Position numbers and translations under genes: made by a program | Notes under the pieces: model-generated | Told to the model about the DNA's origin: nothing | Databases searched by the model: none | Seen by the model: only the letters and a program-made list of their open reading frames with translations | IMG/VR virus record: IMGVR_UViG_3300021407_000014 | Reading direction: 5' to 3' (one strand) | Length of the DNA stretch: 64,000 nt | Origin: an uncultured virus (IMG/VR IMGVR_UViG_3300021407_000014) | Taxonomy: Duplodnaviria; Heunggongvirae; Uroviricota; Caudoviricetes | In this document: positions 39,398-48,458 of the stretch, piece by piece | Layout of the letters: every line of letters starts with the position of its first letter | Position numbering within the stretch: position 1 is the first letter of the stretch

Positions 39398-39426
39398 TTG
39401 CGATACGCGTGACGTACGAGTATAGT
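39398..39426 (+). promoter_or_regulatory. Conserved promoter, copy 3, upstream of the array and RAMP gene
   Basis: TTGCGA-17 nt-TATAGT; near-consensus -10. Confidence 0.75.
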
Positions 39427-39435
39427 CGTAAAAAT

Positions 39436-40075
39436 ACGACGTACCGTGATGACGTGCCCAGTCCAGCGACCTACCGCGCCATGCCGATGCGACCGGCCTT
39501 GCCGGGCCAAACCACACCGCCGCGACCAACCTCACCAGGCCCTCCTCGCACCTCCCCTACTCAGCGCGACTCACCTGGCCAGATCAGATCAAACCACGAC
39601 GTGCGACGTTCCCAGTCACTCCACACCTCGGCGACCGTCCGCGCCAAACTGCCCCGAACCTTCGCGACCAGTCCCACCGAGCCTCTTCGTTCCAGCTCGA
39701 CGTTCCTCGCCCGTCCCGATCGTTCCTTCGCGACGTGCCCAAGCGACAACCCAAGTCAAGCCCCACCACGCCTTACCCCGACTTCGCGACGTTCCGCGCC
39801 GCACAAAACCGACCCACGCGACGATCCTCCCCGTAACCGTCCCAGCCAACGCGACATGCCGCGCCCTATCCAGCCACTCCCAATGGGACACGCCGGACCC
39901 GACCCAGCCTTCGCGACAAGCCCTGCCTTTCCCTGCCGAGCCTTCACGACAGCCCGTGCCATACCGGTTCGTTCCTCTGCGACATGCCCGACCTAGCCAA
40001 CCCCCAGCATGCCTTCGCGACCTACCCAGCCATACCGTCCCACCGCGACGATCCGCCCCACACCAGTCCAACCTC
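39436..40075 (+). repeat. Non-canonical array of GCGAC-(NN-NCC)n units; putative guide-RNA array
   Basis: About 20 GCGAC-like anchors; 5-nt periodic NCC between them; spacings mostly 8+5n. Confidence 0.85.
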
Positions 40076-40088
40076 CCCAGGAGTCCTC

Positions 40089-40808
40089 ATGACCACGATG
40101 CCCGACTTCAGCTCCGACGCGCTCTACGACCACTACCGCGTCAAGATTCAGTTCCGTGACCGCGTCTGCGGAGGAATGCCCAAGAACCCAGACCTGCTCG
40201 AGGGCTGGATTGCCACGAAGACCGAGCACAAAGACGAGATCACCGACAAGCAGGTCAAAGAGGCGCGCGAAGCGCTGCTTGAGCCGACGGAAGAGAAGAG
40301 CTGGATCACGTTCCCCGGCGACGAGCGCGGCCTGTATCTGCAAGCCAGGCAGGTGAAAGCATTGTTCAAAGAGTCCGGCACGATGCTCCGCGTGACCGAG
40401 CAGAAGCGCGGCTCGAAGCAAATCTTTCAGCACGGCTTCGAGATCAAGAGCCTCATGCAGGGCGCGCCCGCGGATCGCATCTATCTTATGAGCGACGGCA
40501 AGCACGTGAAGAAGCCGACGGCTTACGCCGAGGGGCCCATCCACGTGCAGACGCCGCAAGGACCGCGCACCGCGCTCAAGCGCGTCGACTACGTCGAGCG
40601 GCCCGTGCTGGAGTTCGAGATTTGGGTCTTGCGCACCGAGGCCGCCGAGAAGCGCCACGTGGGCCAGGACGAGATCGTCAAGATGCTCACGTTCGGCCAG
40701 GAGAACGGCGTCGGCGCCGATCGGTCCCAGGGACACGGGAAGTTCGACGTCCTCGAGTTCGAGGCGATCGAGTCCGCGTCCGCGAAGGCCAAGAAGAAGG
40801 CGAGCTGA
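40089..40808 (+). CDS. Stand-alone Cas7-like RAMP protein
   Basis: 239 aa from ATG at 40089 (AGGAG RBS). First strand YRVKIQFRDRVCGG; LYLQARQVKALFKE helix; strand LEFEIWV; C-terminal G-rich loop GVGADRSQGHGKFDV. Confidence 0.75.
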   Translation: MTTMPDFSSDALYDHYRVKIQFRDRVCGGMPKNPDLLEGWIATKTEHKDEITDKQVKEAREALLEPTEEKSWITFPGDERGLYLQARQVKALFKESGTMLRVTEQKRGSKQIFQHGFEIKSLMQGAPADRIYLMSDGKHVKKPTAYAEGPIHVQTPQGPRTALKRVDYVERPVLEFEIWVLRTEAAEKRHVGQDEIVKMLTFGQENGVGADRSQGHGKFDVLEFEAIESASAKAKKKAS

Positions 40809-40811
40809 GTC

Positions 40812-41552
40812 GTGAGTGACGATTCCGACCTTGTTACTGACTTGCGCCGGGTACTTGCCCGTGTGCTTGATCAGCTAGACTCCACGCCGATGCAGGAGGC
40901 TCACGACCTGTTAGCTCGTTTGAAGGCACAAGAAGTGCCGATTCAGAACGAGCCGGCGATGGCATGGCCGCTCAAGAAGTGCCAGGTAGATGGCTGCAAC
41001 TCAGACGTGGCGTACGTGCAGCAGGGATCGGGACGAATGCAGTACGTGTGCCGCGCGCACGTCGGACTCGAGTTCTGTCCAAAGACTTCGGAAGGGAAAG
41101 ATGAGCCTTCAGTACCGAGGGTGTCGGCGCCCGTAATCAAACGGGCGGCGGGAGGTGTCTCGCAAGAGCCCGCCCCGTCGTTTTGTCCGGACGACAAGGC
41201 CATGAATCCGGCCCCTCCGCCTCGCCTGGCGGGTGCTTCCGAAGAAGCCAGGCCCCCTTCGGGGGAGTACGACGAGGATGGAGTCAGGCGTCCCGCATGG
41301 CGCGTCGGCCGGAAGCTCGGACGCACGCTCTACTTCGCCGAGGAGTGCGTCGGCATCGTGGACGAGCCCTGGCAAGCGAACTTGCTCGTCGAGTCCGTCA
41401 ACGGGACGACCTACCGGAAGGGACGCGCCGAGGCCTTCGCGGAGGCGGCCAAAGAGTTGCGATTCTGGGCGCGCAATGGTCGCGACAGCACGCACATCAG
41501 GGATCTCATTCTCACGTACGCCGACCGCATCGAGGCGATGGGGAAGCGATGA
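40812..41552 (+). CDS. Hypothetical protein
   Basis: Starts 3 nt after the RAMP stop; Cys motifs; WRVGRKLGRTLY. Confidence 0.5.
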   Translation: MSDDSDLVTDLRRVLARVLDQLDSTPMQEAHDLLARLKAQEVPIQNEPAMAWPLKKCQVDGCNSDVAYVQQGSGRMQYVCRAHVGLEFCPKTSEGKDEPSVPRVSAPVIKRAAGGVSQEPAPSFCPDDKAMNPAPPPRLAGASEEARPPSGEYDEDGVRRPAWRVGRKLGRTLYFAEECVGIVDEPWQANLLVESVNGTTYRKGRAEAFAEAAKELRFWARNGRDSTHIRDLILTYADRIEAMGKR

Positions 41553-41796
41553 GTACGTTTGAAATTGTCTGGCTGTCCGCCTGCACCGCGATCGTCGTCA
41601 CTCACTTCGTTTCGCTACTCATGAGGACGAGGACATGACCTGCGTATGTGCCATCAACCCGATGACCTCGAAGTGCGGGCGCTGGGAAGAGAACGAAAGC
41701 GCCTGCATCTGCGCAGAGATCGCGCTAGAGGGCCGGCTGCCAAGTTGATTCGACATCATCGCCTGCAAGGTTTGCGGGCTAGGAGAGCAGAGACCG

Positions 41797-42129
41797 ATGC
41801 CTCACACCTGTCACGCCCACGGCTGCGGTCTCCCCGTCCCCGCGAGCATGTTCGCGTGCCGCGTGCACTGGTACGCGCTCCGAAAGCCCATGCGCGACGC
41901 GATCTGGCGCGAGTACCGCCGAGGGCAGGAGCGCGACAAGCGGCCGTCTCCAAGGTACATGGCCGTGCAGCGCCGGGCCGTCGCCGAGCTCGCGTTCCGT
42001 CCCAATGACGAGCAGGCTGCGCGCATTGCGGCGCCGTACATGGTTGAGAGCGAGCTCTGGAGGAAGCGCGCGATCGAGCAGGGGCTCGGGGACCCGCTCG
42101 AGGGGATCGCGGGGGAGCCCGCGGCGTGA
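41797..42129 (+). CDS. Cys/His-rich phage protein
   Basis: HTCHAHGC...MFACRVHWYAL. Confidence 0.55.
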   Translation: MPHTCHAHGCGLPVPASMFACRVHWYALRKPMRDAIWREYRRGQERDKRPSPRYMAVQRRAVAELAFRPNDEQAARIAAPYMVESELWRKRAIEQGLGDPLEGIAGEPAA

Positions 42130-42416
42130 CCGGGAAGCTCGGGAAGCTCCATCTCCTGCGCGCCTCGGACCTGTACGCGTGGCGCCAGCGCGTAAGAACC
42201 GCGCTCGAGAGGGCGCAGGGAAGACTCGAAACGGTAGCGCACGTACTTCGCGTCCCGATGACTACTCTCCGGCGCTGGATCGACGACGACAAAGAACTCA
42301 CGACGCTTCGCGCGATCTTGCCACTCGGGACCGGAGCGTGGACGGAGAAGTCTCGAGCGCGGAGAAGCCTCCTTGCGCGCCGACGCAAGAGAGACTCGGC
42401 AGGGAGGTTCAGGTAG
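42126..42416 (+). CDS. Fis-type HTH protein
   Basis: ALERAQGRLETVAHVLRVPMTTLRRWI. Confidence 0.6.
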   Translation: MTGKLGKLHLLRASDLYAWRQRVRTALERAQGRLETVAHVLRVPMTTLRRWIDDDKELTTLRAILPLGTGAWTEKSRARRSLLARRRKRDSAGRFR

Positions 42417-43043
42417 ACCGAGGCTACTTCTTCTCTAGGTCCTTGAACGGGTCCGGTTCCGGCTCGAGCCCAGACTCGACGCGCGCGCCCGTGAACACGT
42501 CCTTCACTTTCTCGGCGGTCCACTTCTCGGTGCTATCAAAGCGCTTCGGTCTTCCCGGCGGTAGAAGCTTCGGGTCAAGCACCGCGGGAAGCTTCTCGGG
42601 CGTCAGCGACGGCTTGGGTCCGCCCGGCCCCTTCTCGGTGCTCGTGAACCGCTTGTCCGGGCGCGTGGGAACTTCCTCGGGCGAAAACTCGCCGGTCTCG
42701 AGTCTGGTAAGCCGCGCGAGGATCAGCTCGAACAGCTCCCACGTGCGCTCGTCGACGTTCCCCCGGAGAGCGTCCAGGCTCTCCTGACTAAGCCTCCGGA
42801 GCTTGGTTCGGTCGTCCTCCCCCAAGGCTCACCTTCGGAGAGCAGCGAGCGCGACTCCTAGCCCCAAGGCCACCATGACGCCCCCCATCACGAGGTTGTT
42901 GTCCTCGAGGATCGCATCCACTCCCAGACCCGCGAGCGCAGCGCCCCCGACGGCCGCGACTGTGGTGTCGGTGTCTCGGGATGATTCCGACGAGTAAGCG
43001 AGAGCGCCGGCCAGGCCGGCTCCGCCGAGGGCGTACGCGGGGG

Positions 43044-43301
43044 TCATACGAGCACCAGCGCGCTCGAGCCGCCCGTGAGCGCGAGACTCACGCCGCCGAC
43101 GAGCAGAACGCCGCCCAGGAGCCCCTCGAGGAGGCTCGCGTCGTTGAGCCCATCCAAGAGCATCCCCAGGCCGAGCCCGGCAGCGCCGTAACCGCCGATC
43201 TGGGAGACCTTCTTGGTCCCGTCGCCCGACGTCACGACCGCGGCGACCATGCCGCCGGCCAGACCCAGCGCAGCAAGCTGGATGGGAGGTCCGAGGTCCA
43301 T
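43044..43301 (-). CDS. Gly-rich small membrane protein (similar ORF follows at 42829..43047)
   Basis: Multiple GxxxG hydrophobic segments. Confidence 0.45.
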   Translation of the reverse strand: MDLGPPIQLAALGLAGGMVAAVVTSGDGTKKVSQIGGYGAAGLGLGMLLDGLNDASLLEGLLGGVLLVGGVSLALTGGSSALVLV

Positions 43302-43438
43302 ATCTCGAGCCTAACACAAAAAATAAAGCCGCCCCGCATCGCGCAATCCAGCTCTTGTCGGGAGAACGGGAAAGATACGGGGCGACCCAAGCTGGCGCCA
43401 GTGCTCAGCTCTTGTTCGAAGCCTACCTGAAGCTTGGT

Positions 43439-44320
43439 TCAGAGAGCTACAAGATTGCGCGGCTTGATGGCCCGACGGTACTCGACGACCCGGCGTAGCT
43501 TCGCAAGGGCCTTGCTCTCGATCTGCCGGATGCGCTCCCGGGTGCGTCCCAAGGCTTTGCCTACGTCGGAGAGCGTCTGCCCGTTGCAGCGGGCTGTAAT
43601 GATATCCCGCTCGCGTTCGTTGAGCGTTCCGAGAAGCGAGTGCGCGAGCGTTGCGCGCTCGGTCTTCGTGATCTCTTCCACAGGGTCGAACGTCGGGGCC
43701 CGAAGAAGGTCCATGAACGTAAGCTCTTCGCCGTCGTCGGTGTTTCCAGGGGGCGCGTTGAGCGAGTACGCCGCGCCCAGGCTCACGCGATCAGCCGAGT
43801 GCACCTTGGCTGTCTTGACCCTGGCGCGTGACGCGATGGCACCCGGCGGGGGCTTGGCTCCATGCTCGCTCATGAGAGCCTCTTCGGCCTTGGCGACTTT
43901 TGCTTTGAGCTCCCGGAGGTGCACGGGGATGCGAACGAGCAAGTCCATGTCTGCGATGGCGCGCGTCATCGCTTGCCTTACCCACCATGTTGAATACGTA
44001 GAGAACTTATAGCCGCGCTCGACCTCGAATTTGTCGATGGCCTTCATGACGCCCTCGATGCCGAAGCCAAAAAGGTCTTCGACGTCCAGGTGCTTCGCAC
44101 GCTTCACTAGGAACATCGCTTGCGACCACACGAGGCCGAGATTTCGTTCCATGATGACGTTGCGCTGTCGCACAACCGCGAGTTTGCTCTCGGGCGAACC
44201 AAGCTTCTTCGCTTGACGCCGTAGCTCATCGAGCTTTCGGAAGGCTATGCCTTCCTCTACGCGTGTGTACGGTGGGAGGTTCGATCGCCACGGACCGTCG
44301 AGCACATGCACGCGTCCCAA
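43439..44320 (-). CDS. Sigma-70 family (RpoD/RpoS-like) sigma factor; start uncertain
   Basis: NLGLV; KFSTYSTWWVRQAMTRAIAD..VRIPVH; TLSDVGKALGRTRERIRQIESKALAKLR. Confidence 0.92.
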   Translation of the reverse strand: MGRVHVLDGPWRSNLPPYTRVEEGIAFRKLDELRRQAKKLGSPESKLAVVRQRNVIMERNLGLVWSQAMFLVKRAKHLDVEDLFGFGIEGVMKAIDKFEVERGYKFSTYSTWWVRQAMTRAIADMDLLVRIPVHLRELKAKVAKAEEALMSEHGAKPPPGAIASRARVKTAKVHSADRVSLGAAYSLNAPPGNTDDGEELTFMDLLRAPTFDPVEEITKTERATLAHSLLGTLNERERDIITARCNGQTLSDVGKALGRTRERIRQIESKALAKLRRVVEYRRAIKPRNLVAL

Positions 44321-44391
44321 TGAAGCATGCGTTCAGTGGGGACGCAAGAGAGGGTTGCTTCAAGCGGACTCACGAGGCACGCTGCGCGCCC

Positions 44392-44901
44392 ATGAACGCA
44401 CTCACCCCCCTCGCCATGCAGGTCCTACGATGGATGGTCGCGCTCCAGAACCCGAGCGACCCGAACCTCCAGATCGCCCCCGAGGTCGCAGCGGAGTACC
44501 CGGCCATTGCGCAGGAGATTGCCGACGCAGCCGAAGCGAATCCGCTCCTCGGAGCTCCGCGCGAGACGGCTGCGCTCATCACCGAGTGGGCGCAGCACGA
44601 ATCTCGGTTCAAGCGGGTTCCCTGCGGTCCTAAGTGGGACTGCGACGCCGGGAGCAGTCTTGGACTCCTACAGGTCAGTCGGTTTTGGATCCACCGCGGG
44701 TACGTCCCGGACGCGAGCGTCGCGAGCGCGCTCCGCCTTATGCATGAGAGCTTCCGGGTTTGCAAGAACCGGCCGCTCGCTGAGCGCATGGCCTGGTATG
44801 CCTCGGGTGGCGCTACGTGCGATCGACGCCTGGATCTGAGTCGGACTAGGATGCGGGCCGCAAAGGCACTCGCTGCGGCCAGCTCCGCACCGGTCGAGTA
44901 A
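44392..44901 (+). CDS. Lysozyme/SLT-fold protein
   Basis: AQHESRF...GLLQV...WYASG; start re-called at 44392. Confidence 0.55.
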   Translation: MNALTPLAMQVLRWMVALQNPSDPNLQIAPEVAAEYPAIAQEIADAAEANPLLGAPRETAALITEWAQHESRFKRVPCGPKWDCDAGSSLGLLQVSRFWIHRGYVPDASVASALRLMHESFRVCKNRPLAERMAWYASGGATCDRRLDLSRTRMRAAKALAAASSAPVE

Positions 44902-45559
44902 TCGCGTCCTCCGTAGACCATCCGTACTGCCGTAGTCGCGCCAACAGCGTTTTGTATCCTATCCGGACACGACGAGCCCAGTTGGCAATCGAGTCGGTTT
45001 TTCCGTTGAACGAAATTCGAACGGTGCGAGAGGTGTTATTGAGCTGCTCGGATGGGGTAGCCCATCGACAGTTCGATTTCCATCCGTTCCGCTTACAGTC
45101 GCTGCATTTTCCGCACGAGTAGTGGAGGTCGTTCTTTTTCCGATCGATCGAGTGCCGAGGGCTCGGCTTAGAACCCATGTCCGAGTAGAAGCTCTTGAAA
45201 CTGGAGGCCCATCTCCTGCAAATACGGATTCCTCGCCCTCCGTATCGATTCCAGTGGCTTGCCTTCTTGTTTGTGCATCGTGCCAGCATTGCCTTCCAGG
45301 ACAGATACTCGGCTGATCGGCCACTTCGAGGAGCATGGCCGTGCTTGAAGTGGCAGAGCGAAGCGACATCGCGCATGTAGCACCCGCACGACTTGGTTTT
45401 GCCGCTTCGCAGTTCGGGCCCTCGGACTGTTCGAGTCATTCCGCAGTCGCAACGACAGATCCATACGGCAAGACCTCGTGGTCTTTTTGGTGGCGCCCTC
45501 CGCAGAACGAGAAGCCTTCCAAACCGCTGGCCGGTATGGTCTATGATCCTGGACATCAT
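44846..45559 (-). CDS. HNH-type homing endonuclease
   Basis: TGQRFGRLLV..WICRCDCG..YGGRGI..SIDRK..NCRWAT; lower GC. Confidence 0.8.
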   Translation of the reverse strand: MMSRIIDHTGQRFGRLLVLRRAPPKRPRGLAVWICRCDCGMTRTVRGPELRSGKTKSCGCYMRDVASLCHFKHGHAPRSGRSAEYLSWKAMLARCTNKKASHWNRYGGRGIRICRRWASSFKSFYSDMGSKPSPRHSIDRKKNDLHYSCGKCSDCKRNGWKSNCRWATPSEQLNNTSRTVRISFNGKTDSIANWARRVRIGYKTLLARLRQYGWSTEDAITRPVRSWPQRVPLRPAS

Positions 45560-45840
45560 CGCCTCCTGCTTTCGGCGTTGGTCATGCCGGGGGACGTGCT
45601 ACCGTCGCCCCGGCACTTTACGCCACGACTCTAGCACGGTAGGGTTCTGAGAGTGGACCCCGACGAGAACCTGGAAGAGCAGCTCGAGCTGGCGGAGTCG
45701 ATTCTCGAGAGCGTGGACGAAGAGGAAGACCCCGATCCGGACGATGCGGTTCGCCTCGCCGAGCTCGTCGTAGCGCTCAACGACTGGCTCGTGATGAGCG
45801 GGGCACTTCCTCGTCGCTGGAAGCGAGCGAAAGGCTGAAG

Positions 45841-46059
45841 ATGAGCTACCGAAGGAATCCGTCCATCGACTGGGAGAGCGTTTCGATCGGCCTCGTCGCC
45901 GGAGCCTTCGTGACCGCCGGGCTGGGGTACCTGCTCGTCAAGAACGGCATCGCGCAGGCTCAGACCGCTTTGAACCAGTCTCTCCAGACCGCGAGCACGA
46001 CCCCCGGCGCTGACTCGGGGACGACGACCCAGACGTTCACGCCGTTCGCGGGGTCCTGA
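45841..46059 (+). CDS. Small membrane protein
   Basis: MSYRRNP followed by a TM. Confidence 0.5.
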   Translation: MSYRRNPSIDWESVSIGLVAGAFVTAGLGYLLVKNGIAQAQTALNQSLQTASTTPGADSGTTTQTFTPFAGS

Positions 46060-46266
46060 CCAGTCTCGAACGACACGAGAGGCACGTCGGGACGCCTCGC
46101 GAGCGCTCGGGCTGGATAGGGGCCTCCAGACCGCACACGGTCAGCTTGCGAAACCTGGGGTGCTGCGCGTGGGTGGTTCCTGCGTGGGCGAACCGAACCG
46201 TCTCGACCTCCGGGTAGCCGTCCCGGTGCCGGAAGAGGATGCGCAGACCGAGGCCTTCAACCAGGC

Positions 46267-46881
46267 TCACGCTGCCCACACCATGGCAGGGAGCCGGCCT
46301 CGGTAGTCCTTCTGCACGCAATCGATGTCCACGGCGGTTCCGCCTATCGTGGTCGTCGGGTAGAGCTGGATGAGCGACCATCCGCACTCTGGCTCGGGCA
46401 CGCGCGAGAGGCTCTTCCAGTACCGGTCGAAAGCGAGCGCGTAGAGTTGCTCGGCCGTGAGCCCTGCGCCAGCACCCACATAGAGGCCTGCGTCGTAACC
46501 TGCTGCTTGGATCACTCCCGCGCGCGCGTTTCCCCACGCTTCTACGTTGGCCGCGGGCGCGTCCTCGCTCACGCCCTCGAGGTCTGTCCAGCAAGTTGCT
46601 CCCTGTGGCACGCCAAGCGCTTTGAGCTCTCGCACCGCCTGCGCGCCTCCCTGCTCGCCGAAAATCTCCGATGGGATCCATCCGCCAGGTGGGGCGTACG
46701 AGACGAATGAGCACCCGAGGCCGGAAGCAAGAATGGTCTCGAGCTCCCCCTGCGTGAGCGAGTCAAGATACCGCACGACAAACGCGATGCCGTTCCCTCG
46801 GAGCGCCGCGCACCGGACGGCATCAAGAACGGTCACCATGTCCGCGCCGAGACTGGGGAAGGGTGCGGGCTTGACGATCAT
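46267..46881 (-). CDS. DUF1906/GH25-like glycoside hydrolase (putative endolysin)
   Basis: GIAFVVRYL, CWTDLEG, GYDAGLYVG, LIQ, VDID; GGAGG RBS before MIVKP. Confidence 0.75.
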   Translation of the reverse strand: MIVKPAPFPSLGADMVTVLDAVRCAALRGNGIAFVVRYLDSLTQGELETILASGLGCSFVSYAPPGGWIPSEIFGEQGGAQAVRELKALGVPQGATCWTDLEGVSEDAPAANVEAWGNARAGVIQAAGYDAGLYVGAGAGLTAEQLYALAFDRYWKSLSRVPEPECGWSLIQLYPTTTIGGTAVDIDCVQKDYRGRLPAMVWAA

Positions 46882-47223
46882 GGCTGGCTTCCTCCGTCGG
46901 TGCGCGTACAGGGCATGGGCGCGTCGCTTCGAATCTGGATGGTCACCGCGGCCCCCTCGAGGTCCGTGTGGCCTCGTACGCCAAGATGAAAGCACGGCTC
47001 GCGCACGATGGAGCCGGTCGTACTCCAGACGGAGCAAGCGGCAAAGAAAAGTGCGGAAGCTGGGAGCTTCATCCTCGCTAGGAGCGCCGGCCCCCGTCCT
47101 TCGAGAAGAAGTCTGCGAAGAACCCGACGGGCATCTCGGGCCACTCCTCGTCGGGCTCGAGGTCGAGCGTCCAGACACCCAGGTCCTTGACGGTCTCCCG
47201 TTCGGATTCTGTAGGGTCGGGAT

Positions 47224-47721
47224 TCACGAACCACGCCTTGCGATCCAAGGATTCTTGCGGTTCATTGCCTGCTGTCTCCTGGTTGCCCATCGACAGTTAC
47301 CTGGTTCGTAGTTCCCTTCGTTGTCTTTTCGGTCCAGGGTCATGCCCTTCGGCCGAAAACCCATGTCTTTGAAGAAATTCTCAAACGACATCCAACGTTT
47401 CGCAACCGTGATTCCTCGGCCACCGTACCGGTCGTACCAAGGATGCTTCGCGTTGAAGCATCTCGCATGCATCGCGCTCCACGAGATGTACTCGGGCGTT
47501 CGGATTCTTCCAAGCGTATGTCCGTGAGTCGACCGACGCCGGTTCGAAGAGGCAGTGAGTTCTTTTCGAAGGCAGCCGCAGGATGTCGTCCTCTTTGTGG
47601 TCAGATCACACGTGCGAACGACTTTCACGGTGCCGCAAGAACATCGGACAGCCGAAAGGATTCCGAACCGATCCACGACCCTGAGACGGCCGAAAGGTGC
47701 AGAGGCGTGACCGGGACTCAT
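47224..47721 (-). CDS. HNH-type homing endonuclease, similar to 44846..45559
   Basis: FGRLRV..RCSCG..TTSCGC..YGGRGI..TLDRKDNEGNYEPGNCRWAT. Confidence 0.8.
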   Translation of the reverse strand: MSPGHASAPFGRLRVVDRFGILSAVRCSCGTVKVVRTCDLTTKRTTSCGCLRKELTASSNRRRSTHGHTLGRIRTPEYISWSAMHARCFNAKHPWYDRYGGRGITVAKRWMSFENFFKDMGFRPKGMTLDRKDNEGNYEPGNCRWATRRQQAMNRKNPWIARRGS

Positions 47722-48458
47722 TCTTGCGCGTCGACCTTGAGCGTCGAATCCGCGTCGCTTACCACAAACTTTACGCCCCGGCGAGAAGAGCGGCTTGAGG
47801 GGTGCGACTTGGCCTTCAGCCGTGAAGCGTGAACGTTACCGATCGCGGTCACTTGATTTTCGCCGTTCTCGTCGACGGTGAGAGCAATCTGGTAGTCCGC
47901 GCCATTGTCGGGGGCCGTCGTGAAGGGAGCCGTGGGCTTGCCAAGGTGCGAGTAGGGCGCCTTCCCGGACGGGTCAAAGAAGCTTGGGTACAGGAAGTCC
48001 GAGAGCGCGACGCCGTTGACCGGGCTCGGGTACGAGAAGCCCTCGACCGCGTCATTCGTCTCGATCGCGAACATGGTGCCGGTCCCGTCAAAGGCCCATT
48101 GATTTGCACCAGGGTCTCGGTTCGCCTCGTTGATCTCGTGATCGATGATGACCGAGAACGCGAAGTCGCCTGAGTCCAGCGACGAAGCACCGTCTCGAAA
48201 GCAGAAAACAGCTTCGTCCGTATGATACCCCCCGGCCCCGGGAACGTCGCTCGATCCCTCAAGTGAGACTGCAACCTCGTCCGGCCCGAGCGTCGGCGAG
48301 CCAGCGCGACAGCGGTTGTTGCCGCCGTAGACAGCCTTCCATGCGTGCTGGAGCTTGTGGTCGATGGCCGCTGCGCACTTCTCCATCCACTCGGGCGTGA
48401 CGTCGGCGCCCGCGCTGTGGTTGACGAGGACGAACGTGGTGTTGGGTCCGATGTTCAT
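47718..48458 (-). CDS. Putative HExxE metallopeptidase-like protein
   Basis: GGYHT, DHEINEANRDP, ETNDAVE. Confidence 0.5.
   Translation of the reverse strand: MNIGPNTTFVLVNHSAGADVTPEWMEKCAAAIDHKLQHAWKAVYGGNNRCRAGSPTLGPDEVAVSLEGSSDVPGAGGYHTDEAVFCFRDGASSLDSGDFAFSVIIDHEINEANRDPGANQWAFDGTGTMFAIETNDAVEGFSYPSPVNGVALSDFLYPSFFDPSGKAPYSHLGKPTAPFTTAPDNGADYQIALTVDENGENQVTAIGNVHASRLKAKSHPSSRSSRRGVKFVVSDADSTLKVDAQE

Noticed and set aside
39436..40075. Canonical CRISPR array
   Set aside because: There is no 23-50-nt identical repeat; the constant element is only a 5-6-nt anchor plus interleaved CC.
39409..40159. Pro/Arg- or Gly/Arg-rich ORFs over the array (39409..39996, 39446..40159, 39616..40071) and the RAMP start at 39984
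   Set aside because: The pattern period is 5 nt, not a multiple of 3; open frames are a by-product of low complexity. The RBS supports a start at 40089.
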